Positions 40,118 to 50,380 of a DNA stretch of 64,000 nucleotides are shown here, piece after piece. The position numbers were made by a program, and so were the translations under genes. The stretch is from Dictyostelium discoideum (lineage: Eukaryota): assembly GCA_000004695.1 (NCBI GenBank), contig CM000154.2, positions 1,312,001-1,376,000 on the forward strand. The letters are read 5' to 3'. The number at the start of each line of letters is the position of its first letter. Positions within the stretch are counted from its first letter, which is position 1. The notes under the pieces were generated by a model. That model was not told where the DNA came from. It made no database searches and saw only the letters and a list, made by a program, of their open reading frames with translations.

Positions 40118-40203
40118 GGTGGTGCTGCTGCTATATTTGATGGTACACTTCCTAATATTGGTGTATTTCCAATGCTACTAGCATTATTACCTATTGTACT
40201 CAT
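35341..40203 (-). CDS. SWI/SNF complex subunit SWI3/SMARCC-like (SWIRM, ZZ zinc finger, SANT, C-terminal leucine-zipper region) with very long E/K-rich low-complexity inserts
   Basis: Single 1620-codon ORF. SWIRM: YKIYRDYMITSYQKNPYQYLSVTDVKNHF...IRSIIKIFDFLEYWDLIN. ZZ: KCKADCSNVRYQ...CVNCFSSGNYENFIQSSSFQRIEQ. SANT: WTDIETLLLLEGIEIFRDNWQEISDYIGGSKTPEQCLTHFIRLPIEDEF. C-terminal: ELEEQEIRDLIRSIVICQIRKLELLWKFYVTYEQSLEKEKDYY. Confidence 0.8.
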
Positions 40204-40263
40204 CTCTTTTTTTTTTTCTTTTTTTTTTATTTTATTTTATTTTTCCTAAAATTAAAATGATTG

Positions 40264-40294
<31 letters not shown>

Positions 40295-40565
40295 AAAAAA
40301 AAAAAAAAAAAGATATAAAAGATAAAAATGTTAAAAAACAGATAAATTTGTTTTTGTTTTTTTTTTTTTTTTTTTTTTTTTTTCAAAAAAATTCATGAAA
40401 AAAAAAATTTTAAAAAAATGAAAAAAAAAAAACAAACTGTCATAAAAATTAATTAAAAAAAAAAAAAAAAATATAATTTTAAAATAAATGAAAAAAAAAT
40501 AAAAAAAATAAAAAAATAGAATAAAAATTAAATAATATCTAATTATAGAATAAATAAATAATTAT

Positions 40566-41056
40566 TTATTTTGTAATTTGAGGAGGTTTAAACATATTAT
40601 AAATTGTATCAACAACACCACCAGTATTTTCAGAGCCAATTTGAATTGAAAAAGGGAAAGGCATTTCATTTGAGCTTGTTATTGGAGGTATACTTTTTTC
40701 TTGATTCACATTTTCAATGATTTTATTTATTGTATCGGTTAATTGAGAGAATAATGATTTTTGGTCCATCGAATGAACCAATTGAAATGATATTATCCAT
40801 TGTTCCCAACAAACATTATTATTATTTGAGAATATGGTTGTCTTTGTACGTTTTTCATAAAATGATATTGATATTTGTGCTGTTTTTGCTTTTCTCTTCA
40901 TAATTGATGTTAATAATTCCTCTGATTTATCTTCTATATGTTTTGATGAACTTGGATCATCTGATTTAACATATGAAAAATCTACACAATCTAACGTTGT
41001 ATCTTTTGGTTTAACTGTACCTAAAGACCTTTGAAATAAAATTGAATGTAATATAC
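40566..41056 (-). CDS. atg101: Autophagy-related protein 101 (Atg101), exon 3 of 3
   Basis: ILHSILFQRSLGTVKPKDTTLDCVDFSYVKSDDPSS...ISISFYEKRTKTT...VCWEQWIISFQLVH matches human ATG101 (VLHTVLLHRSTGKF...DVDCDFIDFTYVRVSSEE...LEFYQKKKSRWPF...IPWEVWTVKVHV). In frame with track ORF 40566..40901. Confidence 0.8.
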
Positions 41057-41203
41057 CTAAATAATAATAAATAATAATAAATAATAAATAATAAATATTT
41101 AAATTTTATATTATTATCTATATTAATATTATATTATATTATATTATATTATATTATATTATATTATATTATATTATATTATACTATATTATATTATACA
41201 AAC

Positions 41204-41240
41204 ATTGTACTACTTCTTTTAATTGGGCATATTGTAAATT
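41204..41240 (-). CDS. atg101: Atg101 exon 2 of 3 (NLQYAQLKEVVQ-C)
   Basis: Acceptor 'ttattaaatag' and a non-consensus donor GTTTGT. It is phase-consistent (Q|C|I) and aligns with human RQVEEAMLA. The 147-nt intron 2 is an (ATTAT)n repeat. Confidence 0.5.
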
Positions 41241-41282
41241 CTATTTAATAATAAAAATATAAGGAAATTAAATGTTAGAAAT

Positions 41283-41314
<32 letters not shown>

Positions 41315-41334
41315 CCTTTAAAGGATAAATTTAC

Positions 41335-41367
41335 AATTTCTTTTAAAACATATTGTTTACTGTTCAT
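41335..41367 (-). CDS. atg101: Atg101 exon 1 of 3 (MNSKQYVLKEI)
   Basis: ATG is the reverse complement of 41365-41367. It matches the human N-terminus MNCRSEVLEV. Donor GTAAAT. Confidence 0.55.
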
Positions 41368-42073
41368 TTTTTTTAAATATATATATAACTTTTATAATTT
41401 TTCTTTTTTCTCTTTTTTTTTTTTAACCCCTTTTAAAAAAATTAAAATAAAAAAAAATTTAATTTTTTTTTTTTTTTATTTTTATTTTTTTAATTTTTTT
41501 TTTTTTTTTTTTTTTGAGAATTTAATTTGGTAATATTTCATTTTTTAGATATTAAATAGCTTAATAATTATTATTATTATTCTTTTTTTTAATTATTATT
41601 ATTTTTTTTTTTTTTTTTTTTTAATTAAAAAAAAAAAAAACCCTCACACACACGAGAACCTTTTCGATTTCTTTTTTTTGTAAAATGGAATATTAAAATA
41701 AATTATGATCAAAAACTGTTTAATCGGATTTCGATTTTTTAAAAAATCAAGCATTAAGGGAAAAAACGACAAATTTGTTTGATTAATATTATTTATAAAA
41801 AAAAAAAAAAAAAAAAGAATTATCTTTTACAAAAAAAAAAAAAAAAAAAATAAAAATTGGAAATTATTGTAAAACCATCGTTTTGGAAAGATATTTTTTT
41901 TTTTCGAGCATAATGAAATGGTACACGTCCGGATGATATTTTTCATTTTTTTTTTTTTTTTTTTTGTTATTTTTTTTTTTTGATTATTTTCAATGAGTTT
42001 GAACCAGAGTGAATTTTTTTTTTTTTTTTTTTTTTTTCGAACATTTTAAATTTAAAGTACTTTCACAAATAAA

Positions 42074-42181
42074 ATGTCAAAATTAATTATATCTTTATTT
42101 GTTGTCGTCCTCTTTGTATTACAATTAGTTTCATCACAACAATGTGAAACTGGTTCAGTCCAATTCACATCAGATTTAAGT
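42074..42181 (+). CDS. Glycoside hydrolase family 39 protein (secreted), exon 1 (signal peptide MSKLIISLFVVVLFVLQLVSSQQ...)
   Basis: ATG at 42074, hydrophobic signal peptide, donor GTAAGT at 42182. Confidence 0.6.
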
Positions 42182-42284
42182 GTAAGTGTTTTATAAATTA
42201 TTTTATAAAATTTGATTATTTATAATTCTAATAATTGTCCAAAAAAAAAAATAAAAATAAATTTATTGAAAAATCTATTAATAG

Positions 42285-42330
42285 AATCTCTCTGATTGGG
42301 ACCATTACTGGGAACGTACTGTAGGAAGTG
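42285..42330 (+). CDS. GH39 protein, exon 2 (NLSDWDHYWERTVGS)
   Basis: Acceptor 'taatag' and donor GTAAGT, in phase 1. It aligns with the GH39 N-terminal W..CVGTG region. Confidence 0.5.
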
Positions 42331-42460
42331 GTAAGTCTTCTATTGAAAAAAAAAAATAATAAAAAAAAAAAAAAATATTTAATAATTGTATTCTAATATT
42401 TTATTATTATTTTATTTATTTATTTTTTTAAAATTATTTTTATTTTTAAAATAAAAATAG

Positions 42461-43279
42461 GTCATGCAGTTTTAGCACTTCGTGAAGATTGGAGAAGAGC
42501 ATTAGCACTTTCACATGAAAAATTAGGATTTCAAAGTGTTAGATTTCATGGTATTTTTGATGATGATTTATCAGTTGTTCAATTAGATTCAAATGGTAGT
42601 ATTATTTATTCATGGTATGATGTTGATCAAGCTTATGATTATATTGTTGAATTAGGAATGGCACCATATGTTGAATTATCATTTATGCCAGAATTATTAG
42701 CATCTGGTAATGCAACAATTTTCCATTACAAAGGTAATATTACACCACCAAAGAATTACACTCAATGGTCAAATTTAATTCAAGCATTTATCACACATGT
42801 TGTAGATCGTTATGGTATGGATGTTGTTAGTCAATGGCAATTTGAAATTTGGAATGAACCAAATTGTGGATTTTGGAGTAGTGATCAAACCAATTACTTT
42901 AAATTATTATTAGAGACTTTTAATGCTATCAAAAGTATTTACCCACAATTATCAGTTGGTGGTCCTGCTACATGTCAATCAGCATGGATTCCAGAGACTT
43001 TGGCATTTGCTAAAGCAAATGGAATTCAATTGGATTTCGTCTCCACTCATGAATATCCAACCGATATTCAACCATTACAAAGAAATATCATGAAACAAGT
43101 CTTAACCAATTCACGTCAACAAGTTGGTCCAAATATGAAATTATACTATTCTGAATATAATGATGGTCTTTTCTTCCGTCATGATACTACCTATGCATCT
43201 GCATTCATTATGTTTAATATTCCTGATGTTTATGGTATTGCTGATATTTTCTCTTGGTGGTGTTTTTCTGATGTATTTG
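42461..43279 (+). CDS. GH39 protein, exon 3 (catalytic (beta/alpha)8 domain)
   Basis: GHAVLALREDWRRALALSHEKLGFQSVRFHGIFDDD...WQFEIWNEPN (GH39 acid/base motif)...YYSEYN (nucleophile region). Contains track ORF 42658..43302 in frame. Donor GTATGT at 43280. Confidence 0.75.
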
Positions 43280-43382
43280 GTATGTATACATACATAGTAT
43301 AAAAAAAAAAAAATATATAAAATACAAATATTTAATTTCTTTTTTTTATTAATTAATTTATTTATATATATATATATATTAG

Positions 43383-43882
43383 AGGAGCAAGGTCAACAAA
43401 GTGTACCATTTAATCAAGGATTTGGTTTATTAACAATTTATGATATTCCAAAACCATCATTTAAAGCATTTGAATTACTTCATGAAACTGGTAAAATGAG
43501 AGCAAATGTAACTGGTGAACATCCAACTGCTGGTGTTTTTACAACTCTTTCAGATGATGAAATTATGGTTATCATTTATAATCACAATATTCCAGATGCT
43601 CCAATTGCAAATGAAACCATTTGTGTCACACTTGAAAATATTCAAGGTACTATCACCGATTCTTATCTCCGTCGTATTGATCATGACAATTGTAATCCAA
43701 TTGCAACTTGGACTGCAATGGGTGAACCTGAATATCCAACTAAATCTCAAATTGATCAACTTAAAGCCGCTGCTGAATTTAATTATCAACCAATTGATTT
43801 CAATCAAAATGGTAATTCTTTAACTTTTACTTTAGAAGTTATGCCACAAGGTGTCGCTGCTGTAACCTTTAAATTTCAATAA
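43383..43882 (+). CDS. GH39 protein, exon 4 (C-terminal beta-sandwich domain)
   Basis: Acceptor 'atattag' at 43382. G+AG makes Glu, in frame with track ORF 43496..43882. Confidence 0.7.
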
Positions 43883-44185
43883 ATTAAAATAATTAAAATT
43901 AAACTAAATTATATAAATAAACTAAATAATAAAATAATAAAAATTTTTTTTTTTTTAAAACAAATTACCTATTTTTTTTTTTTTAAAAAAATAGGCTTTT
44001 GAGGAGGTACCAAACCCAAAATTTAATTTCAATTTTAAAAAAAAAAAAAAAAAAAAAACTTTCCAAACAAAGAAATCACACAAAATATTGATTATAACCA
44101 ATTTTGAATTAGGGATTTAAAAAATAAAATATCTAAAATTCTATTTATAGGGCAAAAAAAAAAAAAAGAGTGGTAATTAATTAAA

Positions 44186-44218
<33 letters not shown>

Positions 44219-44312
44219 CTATTTTTTTTATTTTTTTATTTGTCGAATTGAAAAAAAAAAAAATAAAAAATGTTTTTTTTTTGTTTTATTTTTATCAATT
44301 AAACAATAAATT

Positions 44313-44469
44313 ATGGATTTACCAGAATCATTAACTAAAGGAGTTAATAAAAAGAATGTATTATATGTTGGTGGTATTTCAGATGATGTAACTATAGATA
44401 TTTTAAGGGCTGCATTTATACCTTTTGGGAATATTAATGATGTAATTCTACCAATGGATCATAAAACTC
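44313..44469 (+). CDS. PPIE (Cyp33)-type RRM protein lacking the cyclophilin domain, exon 1
   Basis: MDLPESLTKGVNKKNVLYVGGISDDVTIDILRAAFIPFGNINDVILPMDHKT matches human PPIE [41 protein letters not shown]. Donor GTAAGT. Confidence 0.7.
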
Positions 44470-44565
44470 GTAAGTTTATTTAATTTATTATTATTATTAT
44501 TAATATTATTTTTTATTATAACTTTTAAACTTACCAACTCCTTTCAAATAAATTGAAATTTTTAG

Positions 44566-44709
44566 AAAAATTAAAAGGATTTGGATTTATTGATTTCGAA
44601 TTACCAGAAGATGCTGCTGATGCATTAGATAATATGCATGAAAGTGAAATTTTTGGAAGAGTTATAAAATGTTCAATTGCAAAACCAATTAAAAATTTAA
44701 ATAAAGCTG
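44566..44709 (+). CDS. PPIE-type RRM protein, exon 2
   Basis: [49 protein letters not shown] matches PPIE [38 protein letters not shown]. Donor GTAGGT. Confidence 0.7.
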
Positions 44710-44820
44710 GTAGGTAGTAAAATAAAAAAAAAAAAAAAATAAAAAAAAAAAAATAAAAAAATAAAAAATAAAAAAAAAACTAACACATATTACCCCGCCT
44801 TTTATTTTATAATATTTTAG

Positions 44821-44891
44821 TTTGGAGTTCAGATGATTATCATAATGAAGAAAATAGTGAAAATAATAAAAATACTGATGCCGATGATTAA
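44821..44891 (+). CDS. PPIE-type RRM protein, exon 3 (VWSSDDYHNEENSENNKNTDADD*)
   Basis: Acceptor 'attttag'. VWSSDDY matches PPIE PVWSDDDW. The stop follows directly, so no cyclophilin domain is encoded. Confidence 0.65.
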
Positions 44892-45342
44892 AATTCAATT
44901 ATTAATCAATAAATAAATAAATAATTTGTATATAGTTTTTTAAAAAAAATAAATAAAAGAAAAAAAAATAAAAAAAAATATAAAAAAAAGATTGTCGGGT
45001 CACGTTTTTTTGGTTTTAATATGTCTCTTCTCATTTCCAAATGGAGAAATTAAAAAAAAAAATAAAAATAAAAAAATAATAAAAATTAAAAAAATAAAAA
45101 AATTTTTTTTTTTCAAAAACGACAAATTTCTTAAGAACAGATTTCTTTTTAAAAAAATTTTTTTTTTTTTTTCAATTTTATTTTTAATTTAAATTAAATA
45201 AATAAACTTTTTTTTTTTTTTTTTATTTCTTTTTATATGTAATATTAAAAAAAATAATAATAATAATAATAATTTATAATTTATAATTTATAATTTATAA
45301 TTCTATTTATTTAATTTAGAGAAAAAAAAAAAAAAAAGAAAA

Positions 45343-46188
45343 ATGACATTCAAATTATCAGCAAGTTTATTACCATTATCATATGGTATAATTGCAATGG
45401 GATCATTCATTACAACATTATTTTTAGCATGTTATCTTCATTTTGAAAGAGTAACAAAGAACCATTGTAAAATGTATGAATTTTTACCATCGATTTCATC
45501 AACCATTGGTGATTTCTCACCAGAGATGAATGTATATCGTTATGGTATGGCATTGACAAGTGGTTTACGTTTAGGTACTATCTATTTGAATCATCATGTA
45601 TCAACTGAAGAGAAAAACAATCTTTTGGCTCAATCAAATAGTGGTCGTAAATCATTCACAAGTAGTTCAGTGTTAGAATCAGTCAGAAGATTAGGTTACC
45701 TTATTCCAATGTCAACCGTTTTCGATACAATTCGTGTTTTCTCTGCTGGTGGTTGGATTTATATTAGCTCAAGTGAACATTTATTTTCCCATCAAGTTGG
45801 TTTCGTTTCATATGTTATTTTTTCTTTCCTCTATATGTATACTCATTGTGCTGTACTCTATCATACAAAGATTAAGTTTAGAGCAGGTTTTGAAAATCAA
45901 TCAATTTCTTCAATCATTTTCAAAGGAAATTATAGCCCAAAAACTCAAAAAGATCTCTTCTCTTTCAAATGGAAAGCAATTTTAGGTATTGCTCACTTCC
46001 TTTTATTCGTTGGTTCACTCAAATATTTCGTTGATCATACTTTTTATTGTGTTTATTTATCTTATAGTAAATATTCAATCTTTGAATGGTTATTAGCAAC
46101 TACAAATATCCTTTACGATACTTTAACTTATTTAGATTTCGATGGACTTTATTTCACACTTCACCGTGAAAAGAAATCTTCAATTTAA
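45343..46188 (+). CDS. PGAP2/Frag1-family (post-GPI attachment to proteins factor 2-like) multi-pass membrane protein
   Basis: Intronless track ORF. FLACYLHFERVTKNHCKMYEFLPSISSTIGDFSPEMNVYRYGMALTSGLR matches human PGAP2 [45 protein letters not shown]. There are about six TM helices. Confidence 0.7.
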   Translation: MTFKLSASLLPLSYGIIAMGSFITTLFLACYLHFERVTKNHCKMYEFLPSISSTIGDFSPEMNVYRYGMALTSGLRLGTIYLNHHVSTEEKNNLLAQSNSGRKSFTSSSVLESVRRLGYLIPMSTVFDTIRVFSAGGWIYISSSEHLFSHQVGFVSYVIFSFLYMYTHCAVLYHTKIKFRAGFENQSISSIIFKGNYSPKTQKDLFSFKWKAILGIAHFLLFVGSLKYFVDHTFYCVYLSYSKYSIFEWLLATTNILYDTLTYLDFDGLYFTLHREKKSSI

Positions 46189-46279
46189 AAAAAAATAAAA
46201 AATAAAAAATAATAATAAAATTAATTAAAAATAAAACAGATATTTTTTTTTTTTTCTTTCTTTTAATAATTAAACAAAG

Positions 46280-46322
<43 letters not shown>

Positions 46323-46704
46323 ATTATATTATTTTAATTTAAAAATTTTTTTTTTTATTTTTTTTATTTTTTTTTTTTTTAATTAATTTAAAACCAAAAA
46401 AAATAAGGACCAGCTTTTTCATAATCATGGATTAAATCAAAAAACCAATTTTTTGTAATAAATGGGATGGTGGGATTATGAACCCAATTATCAATTTTAA
46501 TCTTGCAATAAAAAAAAAAAAAAAAAAAAAAATTTAATTTTTTTTATTTTTTTTTTTTATTTTTTTTTTTTTTTTTATTTTTTTTTTTTTTTTTTCCAGC
46601 CACTATTTTTTTTTAATTTTTTTTTTTTTTTTTCACTCACAATATTTTCCACCAAATTTGATAGACCATTTAAAAAAAAATACAAATTTTTATTAATTAT
46701 TATG

Positions 46705-46795
46705 TTTGGGAAAACAGTAGGGCGGTAGCCATAAAAGTTGGAATCCGTTAAGGAGTGTGTAACAACTCACCTACCTAATAAACAAATAATTGGGG
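46705..46795 (+). rRNA. Fragment (about 90 nt) of nuclear LSU (25S/26S-type) rRNA sequence embedded in an intergenic spacer, likely a pseudogene or fossil
   Basis: ACAGTAGGGCGGTAGCCATAAAAGTTGGAATCCGTTAAGGAGTGTGTAACAACTCACCTACCTAATAAAC matches the universally conserved LSU segment (yeast: GGTGGCCATGGAAGTCGGAATCCGCTAAGGAGTGTGTAACAACTCACCGGCCGAATGAAC). Similarity ends on both sides, and the fragment is flanked by long homopolymers. Confidence 0.55.
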
Positions 46796-47446
46796 ACAAA
46801 TTTGGAATTTTTAAAATATGGGTATTTTTTAATTAATTTTTTTTTTAAAAATCATTAAATTAATTAATTTTAATTTTTTTTTTTTTTAATTTCCTAATAA
46901 TTCTAACAATAAAATAAAATCATTTTTTTTTTTTTATTTTAATTTTTAAATCAAATGGTTTTTTATAAAATTGAATATTGAGTTGAGATTATTTTTTTTT
47001 TAAAAAAAAAATTTAATAAAATATTATTTATTTATTTTTTATTTGTTTGAAAAAAAAAAAAAAAAAAAAAAGGAGATCAGGGTTATTTTTTTTTGAATCA
47101 TAAATTTAAAATGTAAAATAATAATATATTAAGGACAATAAACAATATTATTATTTACTATCTTAAAAAAATGTGAATATCTGTTGTTTTGAATTAATAT
47201 AATTATTTGGTTATATGATTTACATAGTTTCGGAAAAAAAAAAAAAAAATTGATTTTTTTTTTTTTTGAGTAAAACCTATGTAAAAATTTATGTAAAAAT
47301 ATTCGTTTTTTTTTTTTTCATTTTACATAAAATTTTTTTTTTGTGTGAGAAACGCCAAAAAATTTCGAAAAAAAAAAAATTGGCACCTGAGTAAAACTTT
47401 TTTTTTTTTTTTTTTTTGTCTTTAGTTTACTGTACAGATAATCAAA

Positions 47447-47487
47447 ATGCCTCCAAAAGTAGATCCAAGCGAAAAAGTTGAAGGTGT
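47447..47487 (+). CDS. rpl12: Ribosomal protein uL11 (RPL12), exon 1 (MPPKVDPSEKVEG-)
   Basis: MPPKVDP is the conserved RPL12 N-terminus MPPKFDP. Donor GTAAAT at 47488. Confidence 0.7.
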
Positions 47488-47780
47488 GTAAATAATTTAA
47501 AAAAAAAATAAATAAAATAATAATAATAATAATAATAGAATAATGAAAATAAGTTTGAATTAGCAATAGTAATATAATGACTGAAATAAAATAAATAAAA
47601 AAAAAAAAAAAGAAACCGAGGAAAAAAAAAAGAAAATTTCACAATTATTTAATTCGTATTATTTGATTTTGGATAAAGAAATTATAGTTAAAATAATATT
47701 AATAATAAAATAAAATAAATAAAATAAATAATTTTTTTATTAATATAAAAATTTAATTAAATTTAATTAGTCTTCCTCAG

Positions 47781-48234
47781 AGTATGTGGTGGTGAAGCTG
47801 GTGCTATGTCCACCCTTGCACCAAAACTCGGTCCACTCGGTGTTTCACCAAAGAAAGTTGGTGATGATATCGCTAAAGCCACTCAACCATGGAAAGGTAT
47901 GAAGGTTTCAGTCAAATTGACCATTCAAAATCGTATTGCTGTCCCAGAAGTTTTACCATCTGCTTCAGCATTGGTCATCAAAGCCTTAAAAGAGCCACCA
48001 AGAGACAGAAAGAAGGAAAAGAACATTAAACACAACGGTAACATCCCATTAGAAGAAATCTGCAAAATCGCCAAGACCATGAGATTCAAATCTTTAGCTG
48101 TTGACTTCAAAGGTTCAGTCTTAGAAATCTTAGGTACTGCTCACTCTGTTGGTTGTAAAGTCAATGGTAAATCACCAAGAGATATCCAAGCTGGTATCCA
48201 ATCTGGTGAAATCGAAGTTGTCGAACCAAAATAA
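47781..48234 (+). CDS. rpl12: Ribosomal protein uL11 (RPL12), exon 2
   Basis: Acceptor 'tcctcag'. [88 protein letters not shown]... is collinear with RPL12 and contains track ORF 47806..48234. The total is 164 aa. Confidence 0.85.
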
Positions 48235-48319
48235 ACTATTTAAACTCAAAATTTTAAATATAAATATAATTTTTTTTTTTTTTTTTTTAAATTTTATTTT
48301 TATTTTTTTATTTTTTTTG

Positions 48320-49741
48320 TTAAAATCTTTTTGATTGATTTTTTAAATATTGGAATATAAAATTAGAATCATTTTCTTCTAAACAATATAAATTTTTAAC
48401 AATATCTATAATTTGGTCATCAGTTATTAAAATTAAATTTCTGTTGGTTGGATTTAAAATTAAATCAATATAATATTGAAATAATATTTTACTTTTTAAT
48501 TTGAATAAAGTTATTTGAATTATTAAATCTAAACCAGTTGATGAACATATTCCTTTTTTAATATTATCTCCACCACTATTTTTTAATACCCAATCAAAAG
48601 TTTCAATATTATTTGATTCTAATGCACTATCTCTTGTTTTATAATTTATATCAATTACATTTTTAAATCTTTTAATTAAATATTGTAAACATTCTATTTT
48701 TCCATTTTTACAAATTCCAATAAATAATTTATTTATTTGCATTTTAGAAAATGAGGTTTGATTATCACCATAACCATCACCATTACCATCACCATTACCA
48801 TCACCATTACCATTGAAAAAGAATTTTAATAAATCTATTGAACTTAGTCCACCATCAATTTTATCATTTTTAGTTGCAATAGATTCTAAATGATAATAAT
48901 GATAATAATCAATTGGTTTGTTTTTTGAAAGATATTTTAAAATATCTAAATTTGCATATTGAATTGCGGTTGGTGTTAAATTATACATTTTTTCAGAATA
49001 ATTATATTTATAACCACTTTCAACAATATCATTTTTTTCAATACCAAATAAACTATGATAAAATCTAATATCATTTGATTTTGTTAATAATAAATTTGTT
49101 GTATGGAAAAAAGATTGAAAATTATTTTTTAAATCTTTATTTAATTTTAAAATTTTATCAAATAATTCAAAATCTTTTTCTTTTAATGTACATAATAATA
49201 AAGCAGTATCAGATTGATTCTCAATTGAATAGTAACCTTTCTCTATAAACATTTTAATAATTGGTAAATTATTACCATTATTTAAAGTACAAAGATAATT
49301 TATTGATTTTAAAGTTGGTATAATTTTCAAATCATTTAAAATATATTCTAAAAATTGTTTTTTCTTTAAATTTAAATCTTGTTTTTCTTTATAAAGAAAT
49401 GAAAAATTATTTAAACAACAAAATTCAATTATTTTTGATGAATATTTTGATGAAATTGGTTGAAATTGTGGAAATAATTCTAAAACTTCTTTAAATATCT
49501 CTAAATCAATATTTCTTTCTAAAAATAAATAAAATAAATCATCTGTAAATTGTTCCCTTGTTTTAATTTGTTTTTTAAATTTATAAATCATTAATTGAAA
49601 ATGATTATTTCTAATTATCCAATTAATTTTACATTGATAATATTTTTTAACTAAGTTTGGTTTATTAATTTCTTTAATTTCGTTAAATATTTTTTTTCTT
49701 AAAAATTTATTATTAAAAACTAATTTAAATAAATTATCCAT
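48320..49741 (-). CDS. Hypothetical N/K/L/I-rich protein with a (GNGD)n tract
   Basis: Intronless 473-codon track ORF with typical codon usage and no recognisable domain. Confidence 0.5.
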   Translation of the reverse strand: MDNLFKLVFNNKFLRKKIFNEIKEINKPNLVKKYYQCKINWIIRNNHFQLMIYKFKKQIKTREQFTDDLFYLFLERNIDLEIFKEVLELFPQFQPISSKYSSKIIEFCCLNNFSFLYKEKQDLNLKKKQFLEYILNDLKIIPTLKSINYLCTLNNGNNLPIIKMFIEKGYYSIENQSDTALLLCTLKEKDFELFDKILKLNKDLKNNFQSFFHTTNLLLTKSNDIRFYHSLFGIEKNDIVESGYKYNYSEKMYNLTPTAIQYANLDILKYLSKNKPIDYYHYYHLESIATKNDKIDGGLSSIDLLKFFFNGNGDGNGDGNGDGYGDNQTSFSKMQINKLFIGICKNGKIECLQYLIKRFKNVIDINYKTRDSALESNNIETFDWVLKNSGGDNIKKGICSSTGLDLIIQITLFKLKSKILFQYYIDLILNPTNRNLILITDDQIIDIVKNLYCLEENDSNFIFQYLKNQSKRF

Positions 49742-49765
49742 TATTATTATTATTATTATTATTAT

Positions 49766-49796
<31 letters not shown>

Positions 49797-49801
49797 GTGG
49801 G

Positions 49802-49834
<33 letters not shown>

Positions 49835-49909
49835 ATGGTTTGTTAAAAAAAGTGGATTTTTATTTTGAGAAAAAAAAAAGAAAAAATTATTTATTTATTT
49901 ATTTAATTA

Positions 49910-50288
49910 TTAGATTTTTATTTTTATTAAATGATTATTTAAAACTAATTGAACAAAATATTGATGAAATCTATTATCGTTTGTTAATTCTGGATGAAAT
50001 ACACTTGCAATTATATTATTTTGTTTTACAGCAGTAATAACTTTTTCTTTTGTTCCATCTTTTTTTGTCACAATATATTCACCAATAATTTCAACATTTT
50101 CTTTATCAATAACATCTAAAATTGCTGGCGCTCTTATAAAAATCGCTTCAAAATTTTCAAGTAAAATTGAATTATTATTATTTTTACTAAATTTTAAATT
50201 TAAATTTATTTTTGTTTCAAAACTATCAATTTGTCTACCAAAATAATTTCTACTAATTAAAACATCTAATCCACCAATTAATGATTGT
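49910..50288 (-). CDS. pdx2: Pyridoxal 5'-phosphate synthase glutaminase subunit Pdx2 (PdxT/SNO), exon 2 of 2
   Basis: QSLIGGLDVLISRNYFGRQIDSFE...VFHPEL is conserved in PdxT. Acceptor 'ttttttttag' is in phase with exon 1. Confidence 0.8.
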
Positions 50289-50380
50289 CTAAAAAAAATC
50301 AATAATTATATTGGTATTAGTATTACATTTTTTTTTTTTTTTTTTTTTTTTTAATAAAATTATTATTTATTATACTTTAC

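Noticed and set aside
41880-41960. A possible C/D snoRNA-like sequence (tcgagcataatgaaatggtacacgtccggatgatatttttc)
   Set aside because: No convincing C (RUGAUGA) plus D (CUGA) box pair with a terminal stem. It is more likely part of the GH39 promoter region.
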